64,000 nucleotides of DNA from positions 126,049-190,048 of the forward strand of contig MNCI01003349.1 of assembly GCA_015680685.1 (NCBI GenBank), in the 5' to 3' direction. The notes beneath the pieces are model-generated. The model ran no database searches. It was not told the origin of the DNA and was given only the letters and a program-made list of their open reading frames with translations. Positions 26,773 through 42,400 of this stretch are shown one piece after another. Position numbers and translations under genes: made by a program. This DNA comes from Gnetum montanum. Taxonomy: Eukaryota; Plantae; Gnetophyta. How positions within the stretch are numbered: the first letter of the stretch is position 1; each line of letters starts with the position of its first letter.

Positions 26773-29411
26773 TGTAACTTTATGTTAAGTGTGTTTAGGC
26801 TAAAAAATATTACTTATGAAAAATATATAAAAATGCAAAAAAATAAAACACCGATTACTAAGAATAAATGAATGCTAAGAAAAAATTAACAAGAAAGTAG
26901 TAGGAATTCATAAATAGGCACATAGGGATAAGAGAAAAAATTGTAGAAAAATGTAAAAATATGATAAAATAGTGACAATACCCTCATGCATGCTAAACCT
27001 AACTTATTTACTTCTAAAAATTGAACATAACCTATTTGCCCAAGCCAAAAGTTAATAATGCAATAGTATGAAAAAAACAATAAAATCTAAACAAATCATC
27101 TACAATTGAAACTAAAAATTGCATTAAGATCCAATGAACCACATGAAATAATTATGAACATGCAATTATAGTTTTGTCTAATAGGCATTGGATATAAACT
27201 CTCATTAAACAAATAGAACCAACATATGAAAAACAAATTATAATGTAACTAACATCTAGAATAGAATGAGCTTGCACTAAAAAGAAGAAAAACATAATAT
27301 AAGTTCCATAATCAATATTGAATATACCATTATAGGTAAACATTATGACATAGTATCCAGCCTAAATTAAAATCCAAATCTTAATAAAGCATCTTAAAAA
27401 CATGAATTAATCATTAGAAACATCCTTTAAATCGTCTCATTCTAAGCTATAATAATCACCTAAGAATCACACAAACCATGGGAATTAGTTTGAGGACTAA
27501 GCAAGGTAAATAAAACCAACAAATACTCCTTTATAGATTTGGCTGGAGGCATTAGGTATCTAGATAGTCAAGCACATGGGTAGTTTCAACCAAAAGTTAG
27601 TAGACAAAAATATAAGCCAAACCAATGCATCAAATAACTAGAGATTTGAATAGATAACCAAACTAATTAAATAGAATCCACCACTACCAATTACCACAAT
27701 AAAAAATGAATAAATTAGTGCTTTTGTAATCCAAATTTTAGTAAATTAGTGAGTCTTTAAAACACATGGTAAATAATGTTTGGTGAGTCTAAAACCTAAA
27801 AAAAGGTGATTCTAAAACTAATATATTATGAAATGCATGAGTCTATAACCCATATGTTGTCAAATTAATGAGTCTAAAAATCATTTGTTAAATGCTTAGT
27901 AGGTCTAAAACCCATATATTTCTAAATTGATCAAACCAAATTGGTTACCAAATAGATTATACATCCAACCAACAATTCCCTATCTAATGAAAAGAAATAA
28001 AACCAAACATCCAATGGAGTCAATATTTTCAAATTAAAGGATTTGTAAGTCTAGATCTCACATTGAATATGAAGTTGATGAATCTAAAATTTATGTTTGC
28101 TAAATGTTTTGTGAGCCTAAATTTTATAGTTGTAAAATAAAAGATTGGTGAGCATAAATCATACATGTTTAAAAATATGTCAAAAGTCCAAAATATAGTC
28201 CTAAGTCAATAGGACAAGAAATATTACAAAACCTAAAGTTTTGATATGAATATAGATGAATGTTTCAAAAATATTAAAATTTGTTAAAAGGAAATTTCAC
28301 CTTCTCATGACCATTCTATGTTCCTACAACTGTTAAACCATCAACAGTTACCAATTATTACTTTCCAAGGNCAACTATTTGTGGATTTGTCTCAATTCTC
28401 ATATCTAAATATTTTAATATTATTTTCTACAATTTAGCTATTTTTATTTCTTTTATCATCAATGGAATGTTAGTTAATATTTTGACTAAGTTTGGTCACT
28501 TTTTGACTAATTTTGACCATGTCTTACTTTCATTTTGAGTTTCGTTGATAATTCAACTATAGAACTATGCTCTTAGGCCATTTTTCATATTTTTTACCTA
28601 AGATAACTCTAAATGACATCATCTTAGAAGGTAGAAATGATCAATATGTCAACACAGACTTCAAGACATCCTCTATCATTCATTGTAACCTATTTGTAAG
28701 GTCATGAAGAGGTCATGATGAACAAAAATCCATATCTTTGGATCCAATGTGAAAAATGAAGCAATATTTATAAAGATACCTAGCCAAAAAAAACATTTTT
28801 TTATTATTTTTAGAGCTTCTTGAATCCTTGGAAAGTAATAATTGGTAACTGTTGATGGTTTAACAGTTGTAGGAACATAGAATGGTCATGAGAAGGTGAA
28901 ATTTCCTTTTAACAAATTTTAATATTTTTGAAACATTCATCTATATTCATATCAAAACTTTAGGTTTTGTAATATTTCTTGTCCTATTGACTTAGGACTA
29001 TATTTTGGACTTTTGACATATTTTTAAACANACAAAAATATCAAAATATAATTTTTTCCAAACCTATGCAATGATGGCTAATACCTACTAACTTAAAACT
29101 CAAATAAAAGCACATGTACTAAATTAAAAGATAATCCATAAATATAAAAACTATTAGAGAGTAATAAAATATAAAAAATTATAAAAATACTATAACATGA
29201 AAAAATTTAAAACTTAAATAAGGAAAAAGATAATAATAAATCTTATAATATTTCAAAAGTAAAAAGGCCAATAAAAAGGACATAGCTCACAAATCTTAGT
29301 TAGTATAATAAAGGTGTAAGAAGGATACATCTATGTTAGCAAATAAAACATCAAAGGTTCAAACTACAAAAATATGAAGGGGTATGGAGTTTCTTAGATA
29401 GTGATGTTACA
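26773..29411 (-). repeat. Probable long 3' LTR of the Tekay-like element
   Basis: TGTAAC (26773) ... GTTACA (29411) termini, adjoining a purine tract and the chromodomain end on the minus strand. Left end uncertain; the span includes the assembly inversion. Confidence 0.45.
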
Positions 29412-30866
29412 CACTCTCTCCATGAAAATTATTTCTCATGGAAGTTCTTAGGGTGTGCTATATAAAGATCTTTCTCCACTTTCCATGTTGCTTCTTGTAC
29501 TTAATGTCTTTCCCAAATAGACTTAACATTAGAGTCACCTTACTCAACTTTCTCTCCTTCTTTTCAATAATCTTAATTGATTGTTCATGAAACTGACATT
29601 AGGTTAAAGCTCTATAGCTTGCAAATCTATCTTATGACTAGGATCTACAACATATTTCCTCAATATGAAAACATGAAATATGTCATGAATTAACTACAAC
29701 TATTAAAAAATATTTAGTTGATAGATAATATCACCAATTTTTCTCAAAATAAAAAAGAAACCAATGTAGTGAGGAGCTAACTTTCCTCTTCTACTAAATC
29801 TCATAATTTCTTTTAAATATGAAACTTTAAGAAAAATATGTTCATCAATGCTGAATTCTAATGGTCATCTTCTATTCTTGGAATACTTGAAATATTTTTC
29901 CTGTGCTACCTACAGTCTATTATTAACCATTTCAGTTTGTTCTTTAGCTTCATTAATGATGTCTAATGTAGTCTTCTCTTTGTCCTTGATGGAATTTTAG
30001 AAACTAGGTGTATGACAGGGTCTACCATACAACATTTCATAAGATGCTATTTTAAGCTAGCCTAATATTCATTATTGTAAGCAAATTCCACTAATGGAAG
30101 AATTTTATCTCATATATCTACATAGTATAAAGCACAACTTGAACCATATCTTCTAGAATCTATTTATCTAACCATCTATTTGTGAGTGATACATTTACCT
30201 GAGATTCAATGTTGAGCCCACACTCTTCTAAAATGATGATGAAAATATGGAAGTGAACTTAGAATCCTTTTCTAACATAATCTTATTTATAAATCCAAGC
30301 AATGTAACAATCTCTTATAAAAACATATGAGTAACCTCATCTACATTAGCTATTGTTTTGATGGCCAAGAAGTGAGAAGATTTGGTTAAAAGGTTTATGA
30401 TTACAAGAACAAAATCTTTCCAACTTCTAGTATAAGGAAAACTAGTGATAAAATACATGACAATGGTTTCTCATTTTCATAGTGGAATGGTGTGTGAATG
30501 AAGATAACCACTAGGTCTCTGATGCTTTACCTTCACCTATTGACATACCAAGCACTTAGCTAGATACTCATCCACATCTTTCTTCATACTAAACCACCAA
30601 TACCACCTCTTGATTCTTTGATACATCTTATCATTTCGTAGATGCATATGATACTTTCTTAAATGATCCTTATTAAGTAGCTTATATTTGACTATAGCTA
30701 GCACATATACCATATTATTAAATCTCAATGGACTAGAATTATCAACTAAGAATGTTGGATCTTTTGGAGAAAGGTGTACAATCTTCTTTTGATACCAAGA
30801 ATTTGAAGCTTGATAAAAAGCTATCTCATCCTTAAGACTAGGCATGATAGTAAGGCTATAGAGTTT
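29412..30866 (-). pseudogene. Ty3/gypsy chromovirus (Tekay-like) integrase plus chromodomain remnant
   Basis: H..DKMYQRIKRWYWWFSMKKDVDEYLAKCLVCQ*VKVKHQRPSGYL (zinc-binding), LTKSSHFL, HDIFHVFILRKY, and EATW (chromodomain). Confidence 0.88.
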
Positions 30867-33800
30867 TCCTAAGGATAAAAAATTTAGGAGGGTTGAATAA
30901 GTTCCTCAATTTGAACAATCAAGACACCAAAAAATGCACTCAAAATTACATGGTATCCTAACTTGGGCACGTCCACACTTAGAGGGTATAATCCTTACAT
31001 ACCCCTAAACTCTTTTCCTTCAAAAATGTGGTTTAAAGGGAATCACAACCTTCATAAAGTTTGAGCTTTGTACAAGGTGTTCTTTCATAGAAACTCACAC
31101 AAATCCACAAGGTTCCAACAAGCTCAAAATGTGATTTTAAGGATCCCACAACCTTTATAATGATGTCAACTCCACATAGAGTGTTTTCTTACTGGAAACA
31201 CACTCAACCCTACAAGGTCCCAATAAGCTCATTAGATGCCTTCTCATAAGAAGCACATCAATCCAACAAGGTTACAAAGAGAAAAAGAGATCAAAGAGAG
31301 AACGTAACTAAGCTTTATAAGTTCCTTGATTTAAAGTTCTCATAATACAACTTACAATTGATAGAGAATTGAAGGATTAATTATATTACAAGATATAGAC
31401 AATGATGGAATAATCAGATGAATAGTGCTTTCTCTTTAACAAGGATTTCATATTATTTTAAATCCTTTTTCTTTTCAAATAGCCTTCAAAATTCATGCAA
31501 TGGCTAGGAAATGACTAGTTAGGATGTCTTATTCAAGCTTGGTGAGACATCACCAAAAATTCATGTTGTAAATTATAACCTTCATTTTCCAAATTGAGGT
31601 AAGTTTTGATTGTAAATGTAAGATTTGTAGTCCATGAGCTACAATATTGCATGCATTAGCTTTTTTGGGGCTAAAAAATGCCTCAAAAGTTATTATTGCC
31701 TTACTTCCCAAGTAGAGCAAGATACCTCATTACTATATTTGGGCTTGGGAAGGTTGAAAATGCCTTGGGAAAGGCCAAAAGTAGCATTTTAATGGGTTTT
31801 CATAGGGGTATAGCTTGAACTACGCTCGAACTATCTACTCTTGGGTGTAGATGGAATAGATGGAATTTTTCATTTCCAACCTAGCATAGTCACCATCAAA
31901 ACCTAGCCTAGATGTGGCATTGGAATTGTTGGGATTTTCCATTTTGGAATTGGTGACATTGTCCATTTCCATTTCCATTTTCCTAGTAGTGCCAACATAG
32001 TCCTCACAAGTCTTTAGCAGTTGCAACATGGGTAGTGTAGACAACATTTTCCATGATTTTCAAAATTTTCCAACAACTTTAGCATAGTCCACCAAGGCTA
32101 GTAGAGTTGGGATGGTGTTAGCATAGTCACAAAAGTTCATTTACTATTTATAGTAAATGAATGGACTTTGGTGGATACGGTGTATACCAAACTTACTATA
32201 AATGGTAACCATGCTGAAAGTTGTAGCCATTGTAACATGCAAATTTATATCAATCTTTCAGCAATTAGGATAGTGATGTGCAAGCCTCAAAAGTAGCAAT
32301 TCCATACCTATAAAACCCAAACATAATCACCTTATTCCAGTTCTAGATTTTGAAGCATTTTCCATAGCCCAAAAAAGCAATTGAGCATTTTCAAAAGCCA
32401 AGAGCCTTTTTAAAACCTGAAACACATATGAAAACATAAAATTGGTAGCTATGCTAGGCATAGAAACTCCCACATAATACCATTCCACTAAGGGTGGAAC
32501 ACTAATCCATGACCATGATTTCTGATCCTAGTGGAAAGTAGTGTGGAGCTGCTAGAAACTAGAGCTGGGAAGTATTTGGATCATGGAGTTTTAAGTGCAG
32601 ACCATAGGCTCTAATGGACTATAAGCCCCTTCAAGAAACTTCTTGTGCACCTACCATAGAATTTGTACCTTTTGAACCCACCTCTTTATTTTCCAATTTT
32701 AATAAAGTCATAGTTCATTTTTGTGTAGATTTGATTTTACATTTTTTTTTTGTGTTAATTTTCCATTTCGGATTTGCAATTTCATTTCCACTTACATTTC
32801 CATTTTCATTTAAGTTTACATTTTCATTTCTGTTTATGTTTACATTTACATTTACATTGTCATTTTACACTTGTGTGAGTTTGTAGGTGATTTGCTAGAT
32901 CATCTAGGGTGCCTTGGATCTTGTTTTCAGAGGTCCTTGGGATTTGAGGCTAAAACTATTTTGATGCTTGGGATATTCCAGTTTCTATTCTAGAAACCAA
33001 ATTTCCCAAGTTGAATAGTTTTTTGGTGCTTGAAAATCCTTTTTCAAGTCTTTTTCCAACACCAAGTTTGCTACATTTCCAACTTTAAGAGCCAATTTCA
33101 TTATTCTGTTGGTTGTTTTTGCAATGAGTTGGGTGTTTTTTCTATATTTTCACAGCAAGTCATTAGATTCCTTGGAACTAGTGTACTTTAAATCTAAAAC
33201 ATTTTCCATTACAAAAGCCTTATCCCATTCCAAAAGCCCTTTTTCATTTCAAGACCCATTGCGGTTGTTGGAAAAACCTCTTTTTTTCCATTTTCACCAC
33301 TTAGCATAGTTGCTTGAAAATTTCCTAGTACACGGCATAGGACATGATCGTATACTATGTAGTATTTCATAGTAGTAGTTTTCCACTGTCTTTTCATTTT
33401 TGGTCAACTATGTTAGTGGATTATCCCACTTATTTTGTTTTTACTAAAAATAGTAAAAAGCCTAAAATCATCTTTTGACAATATCTATTAGCTGATCAAT
33501 TGTCCTTCTCCTTAACTTGAGAAATATGGCATTCAGCCAAGATGTAGTTCATGTCTATGAATTGAAAGATCCTACGATCATAGAATGAAGATAATCACTT
33601 AGACAAAGGGGTAAAAACTCAAATTTTTTAGTTATCAATGAGGAGTTCTACAACTTCCTCTATGCCAAGATACAAGTTGGACTCTTAACACCATGCTCTG
33701 AATCTGACACTAACCATTAGTTCAAAATTATACATTGGGATGGGAAAGAATACATGCCATATCCTTATGACCAAATATCCCTCAATGACTTTTATGCACA

Positions 33801-34322
33801 GATTCTTATACAACTCATAGAGGTTGATGAGTTAGTGAGGGAATTATCTCAAAGGATTGTCAAGAAGAGGGAGAGGAGCTTGAGGGTGAATAGGAGCTAG
33901 ACGCCTTCATTGGAAGTCTTTTCTAATCTTCAGCTCCCCAAACTCCTATCCATCCTACCATGTTTCAGTCTATACCCATCATCACCACACACCAAGCACA
34001 ATACATGATCCAATCCACCTCCTTGTTCTCATTGATACCCTTTGCCACATAGCCTTACTCTGTTCACCCAGTTCCAGTAATGTTTACCTCACCATATTCC
34101 TTTGTCATTCCAACGAGACCCTCACTGGAACCCCAAGAAACACAAGCCTCTCATACTCCTTTCGTCCCCTTTGTGCCTTAAGTTCTAGGATAAACATCCT
34201 TTTCCTTGTTTAGCCCACCTATGACCATTGTAACCTAGCCTCTCCCTTTGATACTGTAACCTATCATGAGGCCACAAGCTTATAAAATCCATCCTCAACC
34301 ATCAATACAAGCACCTTAGCCC

Positions 34323-36720
34323 ATGGGGATGCCCCAAGGCTTAGATAAAGCCTTCAAAATGATCCAAGACCTTAATGAAGAGCTGCAAAAACTCAAGGCC
34401 AATAGAACTCAGATGGTAAAGGTTTTAGATTTTTACCAAGATAATCTAATAAGTCCTATGGTGCCTCAAATAACCTTTTCCATAGGCTTTCCAATTACAA
34501 ACTTCACCAAATACAATGGTGAAGGGGATTCTAATGCACATCTAGTCACCCTATAGTCTAAGTGCCTCTTTTTGCAAGCTTGGCCTCACATGATACTATA
34601 GATTTTTTCCATGTCTCTCAAGGATAATGCTCTAGATTGGTATCGAAGCTTGCCTAGATGTTCCATCTCTACCCTTGAGGACTTGATTAATTAATTTGTT
34701 AATTACTTCAAATACAACTTGAAGATGGATGCCACATTGGATCTACTAATGAAGGTGAAGTAGGGGCCACTTAAATCGATCAAAAGATTCATTCAAAGGT
34801 GGAGCTTAACACTTAACGAGATTCCAAAGCCTATTACTAAAACTCAAATCTTGGCCATCTTATAGGAAGTAGTAAATGACTTTATCAAGTTAAAGCTTTA
34901 CTACCTAGAGCCTTGGGTACTAGGCTAAGCCTTCTCACAAACCAAGAACATTCAGGAGGTAGTTGAGGCTAGCAAAAACTTGGCCTACATGGCCTATACA
35001 AATTAGCATGCAAGGAGGGATATGAATAGAACCAAGCAGGAAAATACAACTGTGGTTGTAGTAACAAAAGGCTCAAAACAAGGAGAGAGATGGTGATCAC
35101 CATCATGCAACACATCCTAAGACTCATTGCAACCATCCACTTCCTATATCCCAAATCAACCAAGACCAAACTTTGGGCTGAAGGATAGGTCTAATTACAC
35201 TAGGTTTCCTATGAAGCCCTTTGAGCTTCTAGAATATTTGCTTAAATAAAACCATATAAAACATAAGAAACTATTAGGAGAAGCATGGAAGAATCATGAT
35301 CATCTTTGTGACATAGCTAGAGACCCAATGATATCTACTAAAGATGATCCTAAGCTACCAAAGTACTTCAAATTGGATAGGTATTGTCATTATCATCAAA
35401 TGGCTAGTCATGACATTGATTTTTGTCTAGCATTAAAGCATGGCCTCTAGAAGATGTTAGACCATAGAGGGTTGGTATTGAATGAGCCCAAATCTCTAAG
35501 AGCCAACAAGAACTTCTATACTATAGCCTCATTTACAGAAATCAAAGTCTAATTATCCTAGGAAATGGTTTGTCGTCAAAGTACCATCATAGGAATAAAA
35601 CACAAAGCCTAGAGAGCCCTTCATCATACAGGTACCACCCCCTCCAACCCCTAATAAGTCTTTCATCATACATGTCCCCCCTGTAGTGGCTTCAACATCA
35701 TAACGTAATCAATGAGTTGCTAATCCTCCAAAGCCTAGAAAACCATTTGTTATCTAGGTTCCTTCACCTTTAACAAGTAACCCTATAATAATCTATGATC
35801 AAAGCCCACATATAGTGGCCCATAACTTAAAGGTTAGCAAGAAATCATCATCAAAATAGTGACAAAACTAACCTATCATCAAAGCAACAACCAAGCCCAC
35901 TAAAGGTAACCAATGATAAAAGGCTTTGAACCAAGGTCCACACAAAGACTAGCTATCCTATGGACAAGGGACCCAATGCACATACATTGAAACCTAAGGC
36001 ACAAAACCTAGGGAGGTTGGAGGGAGTTATATTTACTAATGCTAAAACATCACATGCCAAGGAAAAAGGTTTACTTGTAATAATGGAGCAAGCCAAATGA
36101 TCATTGAAACAAAAGAACACATCACCAAAATTTTATGACCTAGTCATAACTTCTCTTGCACATAGGGATGCACTAGATCAAGTGTTAACCTCTATCCTTG
36201 TGAGTAGAGACATGCTCACTAGTAAAGAATCAATCCACTCTATCATTGAGCAACCTTCACTTAGAGAAAATGGGCATCAACCCATGCTTCACTTCTATGG
36301 TAGTGAAGTGAATATTAATTCTTGAAATGGAGAGGTGCTATCCACTTCTATCCTCATTACTATACATGTTGGAAGATACAAAGTTAATTATGTTCATGTA
36401 GATGATGGGGCAACAACTAACATGATATCATTTTCCATTGTTGAAAAAATAAATTGAATTAAGAATATCCAAGTAACCACTACCTCATCACTCAAGTCAT
36501 TTAATGGCTCATGAGTAGCAATACAAGGTTCCATCTGCTAGGATTTCATAGCCAAAGAATAGTTTTCCACATTTGCCAACTTCCTAGTGATTGAAGAGAG
36601 ACTTGGATTCTACATGATCCGAGGAAGGGCATGGTTAGCTAATCTTTGTGCGGTCTCATCCCCTATACATCAAGAGATTCACTTTGCCTATGATGGAGGG
36701 GAAATTGTTATTTGTGAAGA
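34323..36720 (+). pseudogene. gag-pro: Gag (with YCHYHQMASHDIDFC knuckle) and aspartic protease of element C
   Basis: FTKYNGEGDSNAHL, FSMSLKDNALDWYRSL, CX2HX4HX4C at ~35385, VHVDDGATTNM at ~36390, GRAWL..LCAVSSPIHQ. Confidence 0.85.
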
Positions 36721-37699
36721 TAATGTGTTACTACCTTTGGTTAATTATGTTAGCATTGACTGATGTTCAGAGGTGGAGTTCCAAGAAAACATTATTGACA
36801 CTCAAACTAGGACCACTAATAACAAAGATAATAATAATGTTAGCAACATCAAATCTATGATACGAAGTGACCAATGAAAGTGCATACAACTCACCATGAT
36901 TAACAAGAAAGGTGGTGAACATAAAATTGTATCAAAAGGATTCCTTGACCTCTCAAATGTCAAACAACAAGTTCATAGTAAACACCTTATTGCTTCTTTT
37001 GTTAATGATCATTTTTTTAATTTTTCAGCATTGTATCATGCTTCATGGTTGGATTTAGCCTTATATGCTCTTTCAAGAGCATCCCATCCTTTCTAGACAA
37101 GTATTGATCATGGCCCACTAGGCCTTAAACTAGCAAATATCTATAGCCTTTTTACAACTTAGTTTACATCCTTATAGCCTACAAAGTAATAGTTTATAAC
37201 CAAAAATATGAAAAATGATAGTTTTCAACCAACATTTATGAAGATTATAGTTTAGAACCAAAAGTACAAAACTGAAAGTTTAGAACCAAAAACATGGAAA
37301 TAAAAGTTTGGAACTAAGATTTTGGGTTTCCATGTTGAATTCCAAGCTTTAAACACAACCTAAGTCCATAAACCAAAATTCCAGAAAAATTGAATGACAA
37401 CATCAAAATTAAGAAAAATGACCATAGGAAATCATTGGTAAAAAATATTAAAAAACTTTTAATTCAATCCAAACCACTTCCAAAACCTTCTCAAAACTTC
37501 AAAAAATCCCTAGGAAGATAGGATGTTGATGGGAAAAATTTTCCAAAGTATCATTGTTATCCATCTACACTATACACCAATCTATGGAACCTTGATACCA
37601 AAAATAGTAACTAGGTGTTGAAATTAGTAGTCATTGGGCACTGGAATAGCATCAAACCTTGTCACAAATTGGATTTTTGATGACTAAACTAGGTAGAAG

Positions 37700-39450
37700 C
37701 ATGACTACACTAGCCTAGCATATTCAAGAATGTTATAGATTATTTGCAAATCATCTAGCCTCCAATTGACATCAAACACCCATGCCATCTTTCCAAACCC
37801 TAGCCAGAGCTCTTGACAAGCTTGAAACTTTGTCAAATTCACCAAATGAAGTCAAATACTAATAAAAACTATGATTACAATGGAGGGGGGATGTGACTAC
37901 ACTAGACCAATGTAGTCACAAGGATTACCATTGGGATTGATCATAAAAATAGTGAAGAACATCAAAGCTACCATGGCATAATCTCCACACCTCCTAGGAC
38001 TCTTAGTAATCATAAACTAAAAGTAGAAGCAAAAAATTCATCATTTGCCATCTTAAAATGCATTTCCCAAGGGTGACTATGCTAGGCTAGTGTAGTCAGT
38101 GATGGTGCCCAATGTAGTCCACCTACAAATCCAAAAACAAGTTATTTCCCAATCAAACCCACTTCCCAAGAGCCTCAAAACCTAGCAAAGCTAAAAACCA
38201 AGACAAAACTTTCCATTTTCCCTATTTTTGATATTTCCCAACCCCAACTATGCTAGAGATTGCATGACTATGCTAGGCCAATGTAGTCATTGATGGTGCC
38301 CAATGTAGTCAACCTAAAATTGACAAAAAATTACCATAAATAACTCCAACCCACTTTTAGCAAACCTTGAAACCCTGCTAGAGTCAATTTTGGCCATAAA
38401 ACCTAGGAGTTTCCATTATTTCAATCCCATAGATGCTGGAATTGGTATGACTATACTAGGCCAACGTAGTCATGAGTATAACCTAATGTAGTCCACTTAG
38501 AAAATGCCAAAATATGCTAGAAATAGCCAAGGTTAACTTCCAAAAATACCTAGAACCTTGCCAGAGCACCTTGAGATCTTGTAACCTTGGGAAATGAGCA
38601 AAAATCCATCATTTTCATCCCAAACCTCTCAACTATGCTAGGAATTACATACCTATGCTAGGCCAGCGTAGTCAAGTAGTATGTGGCCATTACAAGACCC
38701 AAGCAATCATCAAAATTAACAATTTTGATACTAAAACCCTAGTTAGAAACACTAGTGACCTTGGGAGTCCATAAGCATGGTCGATTGGGTAAGGAAACTT
38801 ACAAAAAATCATTTCCCATGCATGACTACATTGGGGAGGTCTATGACTGCCCAACTTAGCCATAGTAGGAACCCATTTTATGGCAACATTAATTACTAGT
38901 ATACCACTCAGAATGGTTCAAAACTAACTTAGAAAGCCTAGAACCCTATTCCACCCCATTCAATTGCAATTCCACTCTTTTTCAATCATGAAAATATCAA
39001 ATTTCCCATGACTATGTTGGCACCATGCATGACTATGCTCACCCAATGTAATAAAATGGGAAATGCAATAAAACCCACTTTCATTGTTCAAATTCAACCT
39101 CCAAACATCCAAGTCAGTTCTCCAATGATCCTACATTCACCTAGGAAGCTAGTAGAGTCCTAATCCCAACCCCGAAACCCCATGAATTCATTTTTTCTAT
39201 GTGACTATGCTGGGCCTACCATGACTACGTTGGTCCAATATAGTCACCAATGGAAGCACGATTTTCAAGCTTCTAGGAGGTGAAAATAGTGTAAAAACTT
39301 GCTAATCCTTGATACCCACCCCTTGTGCCAGTTGTCTAGATCATCAGGAGCCCGTAAGTGATCATACTGAGCATGGGAAACTACCCATCAATGTTGAATA
39401 TGCTAGGGAATGCATGACTATGCTAGCCTAGTGTAGTCACAAGAAAAAAT
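37700..39450. repeat. ~180-200-bp degenerate tandem array in the 3' region of element C
   Basis: Recurrent hairpin core TGACTATGCTAGGCCAATGTAGTCA at ~37701, 37893, 38074, 38263, 38447, 38650, 39220 and 39413. Confidence 0.75.
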
Positions 39451-42400
39451 GTCAATTTTGCCTTAAAAATAGCTCTAGAATGATCCCTCAAGTGCCCAAA
39501 CTCCTTTAGCAACCATGTAGCCTTATACCATGGTCTGCTAAGGCCTAAAACTAACAAAATCTAACCTTGTTTTACCAATATTGATCAATTTTTATCACAT
39601 GTATTTTGTTTTAATGGAATTGACCTTGTTTCATGATGTTTTGACTTGTTTTGGTCTTGTTATGCATTATTGACCATGATTACGATCAGTTGACCCTATT
39701 TAGTTTCATCATATCTTTAATTTCATCATATCCACATTATTTTCTTTAATATAGACTTTGTTAACCCTTGTTTAGCCTTTGATTGGTGTTAAGTGATGGG
39801 GTTTGACCATCTTTGACCATCATTTGACACCATGTAACACTGACTTGCCAAGGCCTTAAACTGGCAACATGGCTTGCTAAGGCATAAAATTGGCAAAATT
39901 GTAACCATAATTGGCCATATTTGATCTTATACTACCCTTGGTGACCTCTATTAACCATGTTTTGACCTATTTTGGGCATCAATTTAATTTTTTTCAATCC
40001 ACTTTGTCTTTATTATTAGAGTATTTTGCATTGTTTTAACATTATTCAACCATTATATCACACATGTGTTACTTGATGTGCTTATGTTGTCATGTAGGAA
40101 TGAGCTAGGAGAATGGTCTTAAAGCCTAAAATAAACCTCTCTCATGATGTTGTTAGATCAAAGTGACCTTACTTACCCAAATCTTAAGCTTGAAACCATT
40201 CTACTATACAACCATAACATCTTGAAGTGGCCTGATGACCATTGAGCTTGAAGTTAAATGCATCATGGAGGGTCCCTTAGTTGAAATTCTCATCTAGACC
40301 ATGCTGGTGGGAAGAAAGCACTCAAAACCAAGTTTCTCACTAGAAATTAAGCTTGCTCATGACATCATCAAACCCTTGTAATGCAACATTAAAGCCATTA
40401 CAGAGCCTTGATTACATCTAATGCTCACATGTTTGCTTGTAGTATTGTTTACCCTTGTTGATAGGCTACAATGAATGACTGATGTTGATGATTTTGATGG
40501 TCTACAACAAGCAAGCTTTCATGCTCTTTCTCTCTCTATTTGGCATAATGAATGAACTGCAAGATTTGTAACATCTAATGCACATTACATAGATCCCTTT
40601 ATGTTGTGACAATGGTGACCCATTGTGACTTGGTTTGCTGGTTATCTAGTATGGCCTTATGCATTGTATTGTAACAACATGACTTCTTTGTGTGGTTTTC
40701 TTGTTCTATTGGAGTTGTACTTGTAGGATGAAGCTTGAAATCATCATGGAGGTGAAACTTGCTATAGTAGTAAGTCATCATGTGACCTTGATGCACAAGA
40801 TTTGGTGAGTTTTTCTTGCCATATCAAGAGTGCTTGTCTCACATCATTATCATTACCATCCCTTGAGCCCAACCCCATAGCCTGATCATAACCTTCCTTA
40901 CCCTTGAGTAACAATGATGACCTTTGTTTGACACTTATGCATTATGGCCATTTAACATCTCCTTCTTCATGCTCCACCATCAAGTTTGTTGAATGTAATA
41001 CATCTCATTCAATTGGAAAACAAAATCAAAATTGGCCTTGGTAATAAAACCTAATGAAGGTTTTTCTCCAACAAAAAAAATTACCAAGAAGACGAATGAC
41101 TAATGAAGCATAAAAAGGCAAACCGATGGCTTCAAAAATGCAAAGGAAGAAGCCCAATGGCCAATGAAACCTTGGAACACAGTGTTGGTTTCTCAAACAC
41201 ATTGACGTGTGACTAACACTTCAAAAGATGAAGCACCAAGACCACATTGATTGATTAACATATCATTGCCATGAATGTAATGATGATGTCAACATTTTGA
41301 ATTCATTATTAGCCTCCATAACTATTTCCCTATAGCAAATGATTGACATTATCATAATCTTATTCCATCATCATGAAAATCACTCTTTAGATTGGTTTGA
41401 CACTATTTAATCAAGCTTTGAGAGGGAATGTTGGTGATGGATCTACAGTGGTGTTTTGTATTCTTTTTTAATGTCTTTTGGGTGAATCATCAAAACATCA
41501 ACAAAGAGGGACCAATGAAACACCACCAAAAATTCATGTTGTAAATTATAATCTTCATTTTTCAACTTGAGGCAAGTTCTTATTGTAAATGTAAGATTTG
41601 TAGTCCATGAGCTACAATCTTACATACCTTAGCTTTTTGGAGCTAAAGAATGCCTTAAAAGTTATTATTACCTCACTTCCCAAGTGGAAAAAAGTACCTC
41701 ATGACTATATTTGTGCTTGGGAAGGTCAAAAATTCCTTGGGAATGACCAAAGTTAGTATTTTCGTGGGTTTTCTTAGGGGTATAGCCTCAAATACGTTGG
41801 AAACATATATCCTAGGATGTAGATGGAATAGATGGAAATTTCCATTTCTAACCTAGCATAGTCATCACTAAAACCCAACATAGATTTAGTGTTGGAATAT
41901 TTGGGATTTTCCATTTTAGAATTGGTGACATTTTCCTTTTTCATTTCCATTTTCATTTTCATAGCAGTGGCCATTGTAGTCATCCTAAGTCTTTAGAAGT
42001 TTTAGCATGACTAGTGTAGATAGCATTTTTTATTAATTCTAGCATTTCCCATAATTTCTAGTAATTTCTAGCATTTTCCAAAGCCTTCACATTTTTCATG
42101 ATTTTCAACTTTTTCCAACAACTTTAGCATAGTCCACCAAGGCCAATGTAGTTAGGATGGTATCAATGTAGTCACAAAAGTCCATTTACTATTTATAGTA
42201 AATAGATGAACTTTCATGGCTATGATGTATTCCAAACTTACTATAACTGGTAACTACATTGAAAATTGTAGCCATTGTAACTTGCAAATTAACATCAATC
42301 TATATGTAATTAGGATAGTGATGTGTAGGCCCAAAAAATGGCAATTTCATACCTATATAATCCAAATGTAAATACCTTATTTTGGTTTCATATTTTAAAG

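Noticed and set aside
28166-29031. Perfect 205-bp inverted repeat (28166-28370 / 28826-29030) resembling a MITE or hairpin-RNA locus
   Set aside because: It is 100% identical amid heavily decayed DNA, and each arm ends at a single N (28371, 29031). This is the signature of an overlapping contig scaffolded in the wrong orientation.
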